Shown in pieces: positions 13,049 to 25,728 of a DNA stretch of 64,000 bases. A model generated the notes under the pieces. That model had not been told where the DNA came from and searched no databases. It was given only the letters and a program-made list of their open reading frames with translations. The first letter of the stretch is position 1; the number at the start of each line of letters is the position of its first letter. This stretch comes from Nymphaea colorata (Eukaryota). Location of the stretch: the NCBI RefSeq assembly GCF_008831285.2, contig NC_045138.2, positions 10,478,001 through 10,542,000 of the forward strand, written 5' to 3'. The position numbers and the translations under genes are program-made.

Positions 13049-14340
13049 TATGTGTATATATGTATTCTTCTATCTCTCCCTCTTTAAAAACTTATTCTTT
13101 TCTCTCTCTAAAATCTTATTTTCTCTGTCTAAAATCTTTCTCTCTCTCCCCCCTTCTAAAATCTTCTTCTCCCTCTTCATTTGAGTTAGTACTTTCCATT
13201 CACGAGCTTTCATGTATGTAAGTATATGCATATATATGTTTACATATATATATGTATAAATATGTACAAGTATATGCATTTCTCTCTCTCTTTAAAACTT
13301 TTTCTTTCGTGATTTGAAAATCTCTTTCTCTTTCATTTTCTCCATATTCCTCTTGAATTAAAATCTTTTCTCTCTTCCCTTTCGTTGAATATTCCTCTCT
13401 TAAGATTTAAGAATTTAACTTTTCATTATCAACTTCACCAAGGTGAAACTTAAATAATGATCCAGTATTTGATTCATGTTTGATGGTCTACAACCCCATT
13501 GCATTTTTTTAAAAAAAAAATCCTCTTCATAAGAATATTTACGACAATTATATAGATTAAAAAAGAAACTTAGATGTATGTGATGATAGGAATGCTTTTA
13601 GATGAATGATATGATAGGAGTAAATAATTTGCTTTCAATCATATAGAATCGATATATTCATGCATTCATATTCACTTGTGCAATTTACAAATGATCATAA
13701 AGCACCTTTCTGAAAGAACTTAAGCACGATAAAATGAGCTCTAGTTAGGTAGTAACCGAATTAAAGTAAAATCTTAAACCTACTTAAATTCTTATGAGAA
13801 CACTAAATCAATAGAATCGATATATTCATGCATTCACATTCACTTGTGCAATTTACAAATGATCATAAAGCACCTTTCTGAAAGAACTTAAGCACGATCA
13901 AATTGAGCTCTAGTTAGGTAGTAACCGAATTAGAACAAAATCTTAAACCTACTTAAATTCTTATGAGAACACTAAATCAATTTCAAAAAGTGATCTTCAA
14001 AGGTTTCCCAATGATATTTGTAAAGATTTTTCAATTCAAAATCTTCCAAATCAAAATGTTTTATACTCTCAAAAGATTCTTCAAAACTTTCTCAAAATTT
14101 GAAATATCAAATCTTCAATATTTTTTCAAACACTACACCGCATTTAGGATGAAAAATATGTTTAAGCAAAAACAAAATACATCAAGAATAAGCATAGCCT
14201 TTAAATTGGTCACCCTCGATAAAGGCACCGGAAACTTTTAGTACTCGTATCAACGGGTGTGTCCTTTTCCCTCTCATTTCAAAATAAAACCTCATTTTTC
14301 TGAAGCACTCCAAAGACTAGAAAATTTGATGATGGAAACA
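11410..14340 (+). repeat. 3' LTR of element 1 (5' boundary uncertain, 11410-11469)
   Basis: Matches 1-2579 and ends GATGGAAACA at 14340. Carries a (TA)n expansion at ~12975-13046 and a private ~168-bp tandem duplication at 13643-13979. Confidence 0.85.
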
Positions 14341-17295
14341 TACCTTTTTGCATCCAACCTCGCCTTCACTCGATCGTGCCATTAGTTTTTACGTTTGATT
14401 TGAACACACGGTAGCATCCAATTATATTCATTATTGGTTGTCGTGGAACTAAATCCCATCTGTTTGTAATTTTTAATGCATTCATCTCGTCATGCGCAGC
14501 AGCCAACCAATCTGCATGTGCCACTATTTCATTTATTGAGTTAGTCTCCTTCGTTGAAGTAGTACAAGTTAGTAAATACTTGTGGTTTTGCAATGCCTTA
14601 TCTCAATTTGTTGAGTACATGCTGCTGGTGATAAACTGGTCTGCTCTGCTTGGTTTTCAATTCCTTCAACATCACTTGTAGTTTCTTTGATCCTCTTCAG
14701 ACTATGAAAATTCCTACTATTCTTGATTTGCTTGGTTAGTATGCACAATAATGACTTCAATTATTACATTTTCTCTACTTACAGGAGTTATGGTGTCACT
14801 ACATTGGGTTGGCATCACATCATGTTTTTGAACTTCTTGTTCAATCATGACATTAGTTGTCTTTTTATCATTAAGGAACCATGCATCGTATGGAATCATC
14901 TTTACTCCAGCATCCTTTCCAGTTGGGACCTTAAATGGAGAGTCTACCCATCGAAAATTATATGTTTGGTGATGTATGCCCCGCCTGTTTCCTTTTGCAA
15001 GCACATGTAACCTTTATGGGATGCACTATATCCTAAAAACACACATGGTGATGATTGTGGTTGTAACTTGTGTGTTGTGTAATTTCTCAAATATGGATAA
15101 CATAAACAACAAAATTTGCTCATATAATTATGATCAAGTTTGGTATAAAATATTATTTCATATTGCGATTCCATATTTAGTACACTTATAGGCAATCAAT
15201 TATGTATCCAAACTGCTGTATTAAATGCTTCAATTTAGTATTTTTAAGGTGAAAATGCACTAAACAACATTGCCAAGCCCGACTTAGTTATATTCTGATG
15301 TTTTCTCTTGGCCAATCCATTCTGTTGAGGGGTATAAGGGCAAGATATTATGTGATATATCCTATTAACATCTGTTACCTCTTTCATTGTATGATTGTTG
15401 AACTCTGTCCCACCTGTCTGAATGAAATATTCTTATTGGTTTATTAAACTGAGTTTTGACATAAACCAAAAAATTTTCAAGACAAAAGATAAATGTCGAT
15501 TTCTCTTTTAAAGGAAAAATCCGGCAATATCTGGTTATGTCATCAACAATGGCAGAATAACAATGCATCCATTCAACAGATTTGATTGGAGAGGGCCTCT
15601 ATAGATCACAATGGATTTTATCGAAAGCATCAGTAGTTTCTTCAAGTTTTCAAATGGCAGACGACATGATTTTGATAGAGCACTCCCAAAACATACATGC
15701 TTCTCCATATTTTTCACACTATATATCTGTTTGTTTTTCTTCAAAAACTGTAAAACATTAAAATTGACATGGGCTAATCTTCTATGCCAAGTATCTAAAT
15801 TAGCTACATTCTAATGATTGGAGAAATTCACCTCCCTTATTGCCGGTTGTAGAGTATAAAGATTACCCTGTCTTGGTCCTTTATTAATGACCTGCACCCT
15901 TCCCCTGGTCTTTATCTTGACACCATCACATGAAAACAAAAAATCTATGGGTGAAACATTTGTGAGTTGGGTAGAAATTAAAACTATGGATGGAACTTTG
16001 AAATTAGATAATGCATTAGTGGTTCCAAAAATCAAGAGGAACCGCATTTCTATAACTTATAGAAATGAAGTTCCTCTTGATTTTTGAAACCTCTAATGCA
16101 TTATCTAATTTCAAAGTTCCATCCGTAGTTTTAATTTCTACATCTCCAAAGTGTGAGATGCCAATAAAGCTACCATCTCCTACCATAATCTTCTCATATC
16201 CATCATACTGAACTAGGTTTGGCAGCATACCTGGCTCTACAATTACTTGCGAGGTTGCCCCTGCATATGGAAGCCAGGCTTGATCTTGGTTATCTGCCAT
16301 TTTTACCATAGCTAATGCCTCTGGTGCATCATCAGCCTTGTAGGTGCTATTGAACCTATGCCAACATCTAATAGCAGTATTATTTGGTTAAAACATAATT
16401 GACAAATCATACCTCTTTCTTTGTTAACAGATTTGCCTTTGCAGTGTTCTTGTTTCAGTTTATTATTGTTTTGTATATGTCCTTCCTTTTTTGTCTCTAC
16501 TTGTGCTCCTTGATTGCCATGGTAGTAGGAATTGAATCCCCTACCCTGCGAGGTGAAGTTTTGTCCACCTCTTCCCCTTCTATTATTTCGAAAATATTGT
16601 CTTTGCATGTAAAAGGCAGTATTATGCTCCATGTTTCTTTCATCGTGATTCAACATTTTTAGAGTTTTGTGGCTTTGGAAGAGTGGAATCAGCTTCTTAT
16701 AAGATTGTATTGGGGGTTTCAACATGGATGTAATGAACAATTCACAGCCTGCCCCTAATTCATTTAGGAGTAGAAAAACCTCTGTATGATCATTAACAAG
16801 ATTTCCTATTGCTGCCAATTCATCACGTGTTTTTGAAAACTATAATATAATCATTCATACCCATGCTCTTCTTCTTGTGCATCTGCAATTTTTGTAACAA
16901 AAAACACTCCCTCTCTTGTGAATCAAGTGTATATGCCTCTTCTAATGCTCTTCATGATTGTTCAGTTGTCTCCAACCCCACGACCATCCCAATAACATCT
17001 TCAAAGAGTGTAGTAGTGATCCATCTTCACAGAAGACTATTTAGTTTCTTCCATTGCATTGAGTGTAGAAGGATAGGGATATTTCTGAGCAGATGACACA
17101 GCCATGATGTTTCCCTTTATCTCTTTGATACCGTAAAGGGTTTTGGAATCAGTATACAGGTAGCGGTAGAGGCACGTAGAAGGGAGGAATGAAGGAAGTC
17201 TTTTCTCTATTCTTCATTGACTCAATACAGTGTATTGCAAGGGAAATATATAGTTCTGATTACCCACAGAAGCAAGGTTAACCAGTGACTAGACA
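14341..17295 (-). mobile_element. Ty1/Copia retrotransposon (Ale/Retrofit-like), degenerate, interrupted by element 1
   Basis: gag from ATG ~17105 (YPYPSTLN, DELAAIGN). Protease WLPYAGATSQV. Integrase IVDDITRY, FHSD and CVFLGYS..HKGY. RT start WDLVPR...KARLDAKRY is cut at 14341. Met-type PBS relic CGGTATCAAAGA at 17122-17133. A short LTR probably spans ~17134-17295 (outer end uncertain). Confidence 0.85.
15971..16141. repeat. 171-bp near-perfect palindrome (85-bp arms, 1-nt centre)
   Basis: 15971-16055 is the reverse complement of 16057-16141 with 5 mismatches. Confidence 0.95.
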
Positions 17296-17701
17296 CCTTG
17301 TTTAGAAAATATGTTGCAAGAAAATATCTCAAAAATATTTATTTTGATATGGAATCTTCAATTATTGACTCCACCATCTGATTTTTTTGATGATGCATAA
17401 CAGAGCCCTCAGCAAACCTTGATCCTTGGATCAGCACACTTTGGACTAGCTTGTGATTCAATAAGAATATATACATATATATATATACTGGAAAATTGAA
17501 TGGTAACACAAGTCACCTAGCAACCTAACCAGGCCATATGATCTATCATGATAGATGGTTAAGATAAAAACAAGGAGAAAAAAGTAATAAACATTTTTTG
17601 TCATCTAGCATTAGTTCACACATTTTTCTTCTTGTTTTTTTCTCAACCATTTATCTATTTCAAATGGATGTCTCTAGTTAAATGGTTCGAGCCAAAGTCG
17701 T

Positions 17702-17707
<6 letters not shown>

Positions 17708-17751
<44 letters not shown>

Positions 17752-17791
17752 AGAGAAAGAGAGAGAAAGAGAGAGACAGAGAGAGAGAGAG
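17708..17791. repeat. Compound microsatellite (TA)n(GA)n
   Basis: Read directly from the sequence. Confidence 0.9.
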
Positions 17792-18305
17792 CCTAACTTG
17801 GATCAGCATTGAAGATGAACCACAATGGAAGGAGTCGACATTGCAATAGAGTGAGCCAAAGAGGGAGAGAGAGTAGAGAGGGATAGTGAAAGGGAAGAAG
17901 GAGAGCGTGATATGAGGAGAGGGGGAGAAGATACTATTCAGTTCAGAAGATCTAGGATAGGGAGAGAGGAGCTCAACTATTGTCTTCTAAACTAGATCCC
18001 AGGGTAGAATGTAGTGGGTGTATGTACCTCATATCAGCATGTTTCGTCTGTTCCCACTTGACATTTTCTAAAATATTTGTTATCATCAGAGTGTTGATTA
18101 GATTATCTTAGAATACCTTGTGACCCATCTGCAACATGACACTGAATTTTTTTAGCACTTTCTAGGCCAAAATCAGACTTACATATTGAAAGAACATGAG
18201 TTTTAAAATTTCTAGGTTATAGATGCATTCATACAATTTTTTGCATGAGGGCATGAGTTTACGACCTCCATCTTAGGATGATAATACCATGGACAAGACA
18301 TGTGA

Positions 18306-18311
<6 letters not shown>

Positions 18312-18356
<45 letters not shown>
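18312..18356. repeat. (TA)n microsatellite
   Basis: Read directly from the sequence. Confidence 0.9.
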
Positions 18357-18360
<4 letters not shown>

Positions 18361-18997
18361 ATTTTAATATGTTTGTAAAGCATGCTTTGTTTGAAGTTGT
18401 TTGTCAAAAAACATTTATTTTTTAATCAATTTTTTGATTTGAGGTTAATTTTATTTAAACTAAAAAATGCTTAGTACATGTTTCCTATCAAATCATTCTC
18501 ATTCTTAAGATCACATGTATATGGTTCGATTGTACATAAAATACTGGTTTGATAATCAAATTTAGAATGTCTTTTTCTTGTCGTAACCCAAGTTGATACG
18601 AGGTATACAATAAGAAGCAAATTTATGTCAATGGGATAATTTTACCTTTCTCTCTTCATTCAAAGAGGACATAGAAGAAGTTAGATCACAGATATGAAAA
18701 TTAGAAATGAGACCATATGATCCAGCACCATTAATTCTCTACTTCCCCCTCTATATGTGTGTGTGCATACATGTTAAAAAGAACATTCCACGAAGAATTT
18801 GGAGAAACAGATAGGAACTAGATTGTAATATTAAAGAATATTTAAATGTGATACGTAGAGTATATTTTAGTATCTAATATTTTCTTTTTAATTTTGGTCT
18901 CAATGAGATCACTCTTATGCCAAGAGACTATGCTGCTTGCTTAGTGCTTAACCTAAAATGCCGAGCTAGTGCCTCTACCCTAAGGCTTATGTTTAGA

Positions 18998-21563
18998 CAC
19001 TACAAAAAAGGATGGATTCACTGATGTGTGGGAAAATAGAAGTCAGTGAAATGGCACTTTTACAAATATTCAGGGATGCATGTTGGTGAAAGGAAACTTT
19101 TATTGACGTCCGAAGAAAAACATCCGTGAGATTGAGCCTTCACTAGCGTCCACCACTAGGATGTTATTGAAATTGGGTTTTTATCGATGTCTGGTTTGCA
19201 AACGTGGGTAAATAGTATACCTTTACCGATGTTAGGCATCAAACGTGGGTAAAAGTTTAGACTTATGTAAGGAGTTGATGCCCACAAGAATCTGATCGGT
19301 GTCTGACATACTAAATGGATTTCAAATCAATTGTTTTACATTTGCTGCCCTACAAAAACCAATTTAAACAACAAAGATCAACCTTTTTCTTATTCGTACA
19401 TATGTGGACATTCCAAGTTCATCTACACTGAAATACCTAAAGGTACCATTTGTTACTTTGGATATATATATATAGAACTAGGTAAAACTAGACCTGTAAA
19501 AGCCAAATTAGTCAACAATCATATATGCTTACTATGACAATTAGGTTGATCTTTCTTATTATTAATATATGCTTATACATCATGCCGTGATGAGGGTAAC
19601 ATGGGCCCTCAATTTCTCTAACACCGCGAGCCAACATCATCATAGTACAGAGACTACAATTCCAAAAGCAAATGTAATCTTCCCAATTTGAAGTAGCTAA
19701 CAATTATATTGTCTGTCATCAATAATATATATGAACAAACTCTAGGTGTCCTAGCTGACCAACTTGGGCAACTTGTCCTTGACACCATTGTCATGGAAAA
19801 TCATATTATTACTGACATGCAAAAAATGTCAGTAATGCTTTGTAAAATGTCAGTAAAACTTGTGTTTTCAACAATGAGTAAAAATTCAGTAGGTGTTACT
19901 AACATATTGACTAAAACATTGGTGTACACATATCTTTACTGAAATTCGAGAAAACATCAATGTAGGAAGAACTTTAGTGTTGTTTCATTGCAATTCGGTG
20001 GAGGAAGGAGGGATCGAAGGAGAAAAGAATTCCTGTGAGAAGGAGAGAGACATAGGAGAAGGAGCATTTTCATCCGATGGCTACTTATGGCTGCATCGGT
20101 TACTTATGGCAGCTGATCTTGCTGTTGTTGACCACTGCCGCTGATGTTGCTGCTGATGGTTTTTCATGGGAGGAAGAAAAAGGGATTCTGTGAGATTTGG
20201 AGAAAGCAAGGGAGAATTACAGATAAACAACGAGTCAAGTAAATGAGACTCAACTCGGTAAAGCTTGTCTCAAGCTCGAGTTTATGGAATGACTCGTCTA
20301 TATAACCGAGTCAAGCTCGAGTTCACTCGACTCAACTTGCATAACTCGTAAAGCTCGTCTTCCTGCCTTATTAGTGCTTTCGAGTCACCTGCACCTGCAA
20401 TCTCTGTTTCTGCAGCTTCTACCCCTATCGCTCTTTCTCTTAACATGCAGCCATAATCTATTTGCAGCCGCTTCTATCTCTCACTTTCTCTTTCTCTTTC
20501 TCTTGAGCCAGAAAACTGGTCTTTTTAACAAAAGTCATTTTTCTGCTCACCTGTTGTTAACTTTTACAAAAGAAAGTAGCTATTCTTCTGCCATTCAAGC
20601 CAAGTTTTCTTCCTTTTTTAGCTCGACTTTCTAGGAAAAAAACTTTTTCCTATTTACCAAATAAAATATTTTAAAAAGTGGCTATTCTCCTCCCGCTATC
20701 ACCTCATCACAACTCTCAGCAACATTTATTAATGAGAAAGTTAAGTTACTTAGGAGGGTATTAAATTTTTTGGGTTTAGTGGCCGTGTTGAGCTCGAATA
20801 TAATTCGTTGAGCTCGACTCAAGCTTGAGCTGAGCATTTTAAGGCTGGTGTTCAAGCCTTCCTGCAGTTTTTAGTTTGACTGTGTTTTATGTGAAGGCAA
20901 ACATTGGTAATAACAAACATTACCATCAGTATAGTCAAACATGTCCTAAACATCCAGAGCGAGAAAGACAGTAAAATCAAATTATTGGCCTTTATTGACA
21001 TGCATCAACAACCGTCATTAGTGTTGACTCAATGTTCATTGATGCGTAACAAAAACACGTCATTAAATCTTTGAGCTTTACTAATCGCCAGGAGGGAAAT
21101 GTCAATGACTACTAAAATTTACTATCATTTGAGAATGAACATCAATAAAAGGATGACCAAATAGAAATTTTCTGTTGTATGCGCTCCTAATGTTAGTAAA
21201 AGGGTAACCAAATAAAGGCATGACCTAAACTGTGGAATTCTGAGTAGAATTATCTGGTATTGTTTGGAGATTCAATGACGGTCAGAAGAGAATCGTCAAT
21301 GACTGAAGATTTACTGATGTCCAGAAAGAAGCCCTGTAAAAAAAATTTCTGACATGCACCTCACATTAGTAAAAAAAGGTGCACGATATCCTTCAACAGA
21401 AGCTCGTCGATAAATTTTGGAAGCCACACTGACGGTAGAGCCAAACATTGATGAATAAAGGATATACTGTTGTTTGGCCTATGTTGTTAGTCAATGTGGT
21501 TGATTTACTGATGTTTTCTCTACAAAAATCAGTGAATGCAAAAAGACCTTTCTTCTTTTATTG
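18998..21563. mobile_element. Non-autonomous CACTA-like element remnant(s)
   Basis: Starts CACTACAAAAAA. Dispersed subterminal TTTACTGA(C/T)G / (C/T)GTCAGTAA motifs at 19000-19300, 19800-19980 and 20880-21540. Right terminus degenerate, no TSD confirmed. Confidence 0.5.
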
Positions 21564-22099
21564 TACCCAAGATTTTTGGCCAAAAATTTCTTTAATTTGA
21601 TTTTTGTTAGTCCATGTGATGCTGCAAGTCCGACTCTTTTCTCATCCTAAATGTGACAATGCTTAAGGAGAGATGAGAATATCTTGATTGCTTTACAAGT
21701 AGGTACAAGAGATATTTAAAGAAGGGAACAACAGATAACGCCTATATCGCAAGTAACAACTTGCTAAAGATAAATGAAATAATTATTATCGCTACTCCTA
21801 CAAATGGGGGATTTACAATCCATGGAGATAAGTAATGCCAACATAATGTTCCTTATTACCTAGCCGAAAGTCTTCTCTCTCACTGCTGACCAAGTTTGTT
21901 TACATTGCATAATCATCCCATACCTGCTAGCATTGCATTTTAAAGCGTACCATGTCCAATGACCAACTCAATGTCAACTTGGGTCAACCACTTCTACCAA
22001 GCTCATCTATTGCCGACAAAATGATCCTTACCTGTTGCATGCCAATTTGATGTGTTCCTATTGACCACCCACCCAAGAATCTTTGCTCATCTGGGAAGC

Positions 22100-22243
22100 C
22101 AATGGTGGAGCCATGAAAATTTTTTAAGGAACATTCATTCACAGATTTCTATATCCAAAGGGGCACTTAGAGCAAATATTTGAAGATGTTTGTGTGAAAA
22201 TGAAGAAACATTGAGGGACAGCTTGTAAGTGGCTCCACCACTA
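22100..22243. mobile_element. hAT-type MITE (144 bp)
   Basis: Terminal inverted repeats (TIRs) CAATGGTGGAGCCA / TGGCTCCACCACTA. 8-bp TSD TGGGAAGC / TGGCAAGC (7/8). Confidence 0.75.
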
Positions 22244-22466
22244 TGGCAAGCATTCCGACACTCAACCAGCACCGCCACACATCAGCAAGTTCTTCTTCGA
22301 ATTTCTCACAAGTTCTACACTCACAATCATTCACATCAACATACATTCAATTGAGCACCCTACCAAGTCTCGTGAAACCTGTTAATATATTGATGTCATT
22401 ACATTGAAACTGTTTTTTTCTCATGGCTAAATTCTCCAGCAGGGAGTTTTGCTACCAATGAGGTCC

Positions 22467-23461
22467 TGTTCGCATCCCAAAAACATTTTGGTTTTTGGAG
22501 TGCTCCAAAAAAATGAGATTTTATTTTGAAAATGAGAGAGAAAGGGACACGCCCGTCCGTATAAGGATCGATCGTTCTTGGCTCCTTTATCGGAGGTAAT
22601 CAAACCAACGGCTATCTTTATTATTAATGCATTTTTTTTAGCTTAAATATCTTTTTTATTCTAAATGTGGTGTTGTGTTTGAGAAAATAATTGAAGATTT
22701 GATGTTTCAAACTTTTTGAAAAAGTTCTTTAAATAATCACTTGAGAATGTAAAACATTTTGATTTGAGAAAATTTTGAATTGAGAAATCTTTACAAATAC
22801 CATGTAGCAAGTTTGGAAAATCATTTCTGAAGTGGATTTAGTATTCTCTTAAGACTTTTGGTAGGTTTAAGGTTTTGCACTAATTTGGTTACTACCTAGT
22901 TAGAGCCCTATCTCATCTTGCTTAAGTTCATCTGGAGATGTGCTTGTGATCATAAGTGATGTTAAGTAAGTGTAAATCCTTGAATGCATTGATCCTACAA
23001 GATTAGAAGAGAATAATTCATTTCTACGACAAAATTCATCTAGAAACATTCCTACCATCACATACATCTAAATTTCTTACTTTTATTTATAAGATTGTTA
23101 TAAATATTGTTATGAAAAGAGAAAAGTTTTTGAAAATGAAATTGGTTGGTAGACCATCAAACATGATTCCAATATTGGGTCATTACTTGGTTTTTTTTGT
23201 CTTAATGAAGTCGACAACTAAAACCTTAGATCTTTAAAGAAAATATCCAAAAGACTGAAAAAGATGAAATACTTTCATAGAAAGAAAGAGAGAGAAAAAA
23301 GAGATCACTGAATGAAAGATTTTAAAAGAGTGGGAGATATGTATTTCTATATGTATGTATATATGTATGTGTACACATGTATATGTATACATATATGTAC
23401 ATGTATGCATGTGAAAACTTTTGAAAATGAAGTATATATACATACATACATACATAGATAT

Positions 23462-23496
<35 letters not shown>

Positions 23497-23563
23497 AGAA
23501 ATTTTTAGGAGAAGACATTTAACTTGAAAAAAGAAATAAATGATTCTAGAGAGAGAAAATAGA

Positions 23564-23599
<36 letters not shown>

Positions 23600-25387
23600 G
23601 CATTCATGTGTATATGAAAATTTGTCAAATAAAATGTGGAAACATATAGAGAGAATGATAAAGAACATCATCATGTGCACATATACGTATATAACATGTA
23701 TATACGTATGTGTCTTCATGAGATTATAAATTAAGAAATTACTTAAAATATTTGACTTCAATTTTATGTAGGTTGGAGAGGAACTTGGCCTCATGCAAGA
23801 GCCTAAGCTAGGTCTACAAAACCTCATTAGAGAAGGTTCTTGCTTTTGAAAATCTTTTGAAGAGCATGACTTCAAATATTTTTATATATGAACATGAAAC
23901 ATAATTATTTTGTTTGTTACAAAGGAATATGTTTCTTCCACTATTGGGGATAAAAGAAAATAAAGCAACATAATAAGACACTCAATAGGGTTCCTAATTG
24001 AGTGATTAAGATAGAAACTAAATGTAAGAATGACATGAAAATGCATAATAACATGTACATATTCATGAGGGTTTTCTCGGGTTGGACAAATCTCATCCTC
24101 AAACACCAACGTAACAATAGAGAAGAATCTCAACCCAAATACTCATTATCACCGTTCATTCATATATGAATGGAAAAATCATTTAACTATGCATGAATAA
24201 TATTCTACAACAAAGCAACAATCTAGAAAAGAGAGAACATGTTTTAATCATAAAATGAAATATTATATCGTCTTCTAATGCTTTCGGTGCACTCAAGAAT
24301 AGCTTATTGACTCCAAAAAAAGGAGATTTAAGAGTTATCTTATATGGCCATGGGGAGATGAAGAAAAGAGCAAGTAAGGAAACTAAAATAAAGCAACATT
24401 CAAGAAAGAAAGGACATGTTCTAATCATAAAATAAAATATCATTTCAACTTCTCATGCTCCTGGTACATTCAAGAATAGTTCTTAACTCGGAAGTGAAGG
24501 TTTGAGAGCTATCTTATATGGCCATGGGGAGATGAAGAAGAGAAAGAGTAGGGAAAGAAAATGGATTGTGATGTTGGATACATACCTCTAACAAGAATGA
24601 TTTTAGGAAAATGAATACCCTTTCTTCAAATGATCCAAAATTCGCCTTGAGTGAAGCTCCAAAATGATGAAGATATTGCTTCAAGGAAAGAAGAAAAGAG
24701 AAATAGAGAAAGAGAGCAAAGGAAAAACTCTAAGTTCTCAAGTGAGAGTCCCTTAGAGGTTTCCCAAAGGCTAGTTCATGCCCAAAAGAGAAAATTGTGG
24801 GGGTATTTATAGAGAGTTTTGGAGCCAAAACTCAAAATTTGATTTTTTTTTTTAATTTCACAATATTTTCATGCGAATTTCAAGTATTTTTCGAATAATT
24901 TTTATTTATTTATTTTTTAAAATGGTTTTGATTAAGTGGGATTGACCATTAATCCTGCAAATACCCTTTTGGGTTGTGGGTAGGACTAATGCCCACCCAA
25001 TAGGCTCAAAACCGCCCTTGGGGTGGTTTTTATCATTGAAATGGGGCCTGCATCGGTTGCAGGCCCCGGCATGGCCACAGGCGCGCATCAGCGAGTAGCG
25101 CGTTTGTGCTCAATTTCATATTGCGCGGGCACACGACATCTTGTTGCGCGTGTCTTTTTTAATTAATTTTTTAAATAAAATAATATGAAATAAAAGTGAA
25201 ATAAAATAAGATAAAATGAGTAAATGAATAAATAAAAAGGGTTGTTCGTAAAAAAACATAAAACCCTTTTTTATTTAAAATGTATATAAAATTGCTTTTT
25301 GTTCCAAATGGGTGGTCGACTCTGTTCCAAGTGACCCCAAACTCATTTTAAATCCGGATTGGGTTCAATTGCTCGCCGATGCGTTCT
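22467..25387 (-). repeat. 3' LTR of element 2 (lacks the first ~290 bp)
   Basis: Colinear with 33641-36838. Similarity stops at GCGTTCTA, where the repeat array begins. Confidence 0.9.
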
Positions 25388-25587
25388 AACCTCTTACCTG
25401 AATGAGTTATTTGAGCTAGATTGAGTTCAGAGTTGACCCCTTACAAGTGGATTTGGGCAAGATTGAGTTCAGGTTTGACCTCTTACCTGAGCGAGTTTCT
25501 TTGCATTGCAGGTTTACCCCTTACCTGTATAGATTGTCTGACATTGCAGGTTTATCCCCTTACCTACATGGATTGCTCTCAGGTCTT
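25388..25587 (-). repeat. 3'-UTR array of 5 hairpin-core units (38-47-bp period)
   Basis: + strand core CAGGTTT(G)ACC(C/T)CTTACCTG at 25428, 25470, 25509 and 25547, plus a half unit at 25388. Confidence 0.85.
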
Positions 25588-25728
25588 TATTGATAATAAA
25601 ATGAATGATAAAAAAATGCCCCAGTATAATCATTATGTTTTACGACTGAGAAGAATCCAAAATAAATAGTAGATTGGATGTGAAAAACACAAATATTTGT
25701 CATTGATTGGAAAGTGAATACAAGAGGA

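Larger units (their letters stand above)
1..14340 (+). mobile_element. Ty3/Gypsy LTR retrotransposon, Tat/Ogre-like, degenerate (element 1; 5' end at or before window start)
   Basis: Two related LTRs (1-2579 and ~11410-14340), both ending ...GATG(A/G)AAACA. Order is PBS, extra ORF1, gag, protease, G-patch, RT, RH, aRH, INT. Many stops and frameshifts. Confidence 0.93.

Noticed and set aside
15887..16087. Plus-strand ORF resembling Copia protease
   Set aside because: It is only the inverted arm of the palindrome.
23234..23875. YIYI/CVCV-rich ORFs (also 1470-1742, 13070-13279, 34353-35092)
   Set aside because: Translations of (TA)n/(CA)n/(GA)n tracts within LTRs.
25388..25587. CRISPR-like repeat-spacer array
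   Set aside because: The linkers are related to each other (GATTGAGTTC and CATTG are shared), the repeats are degenerate, there are no cas genes, and it lies inside a plant retrotransposon.
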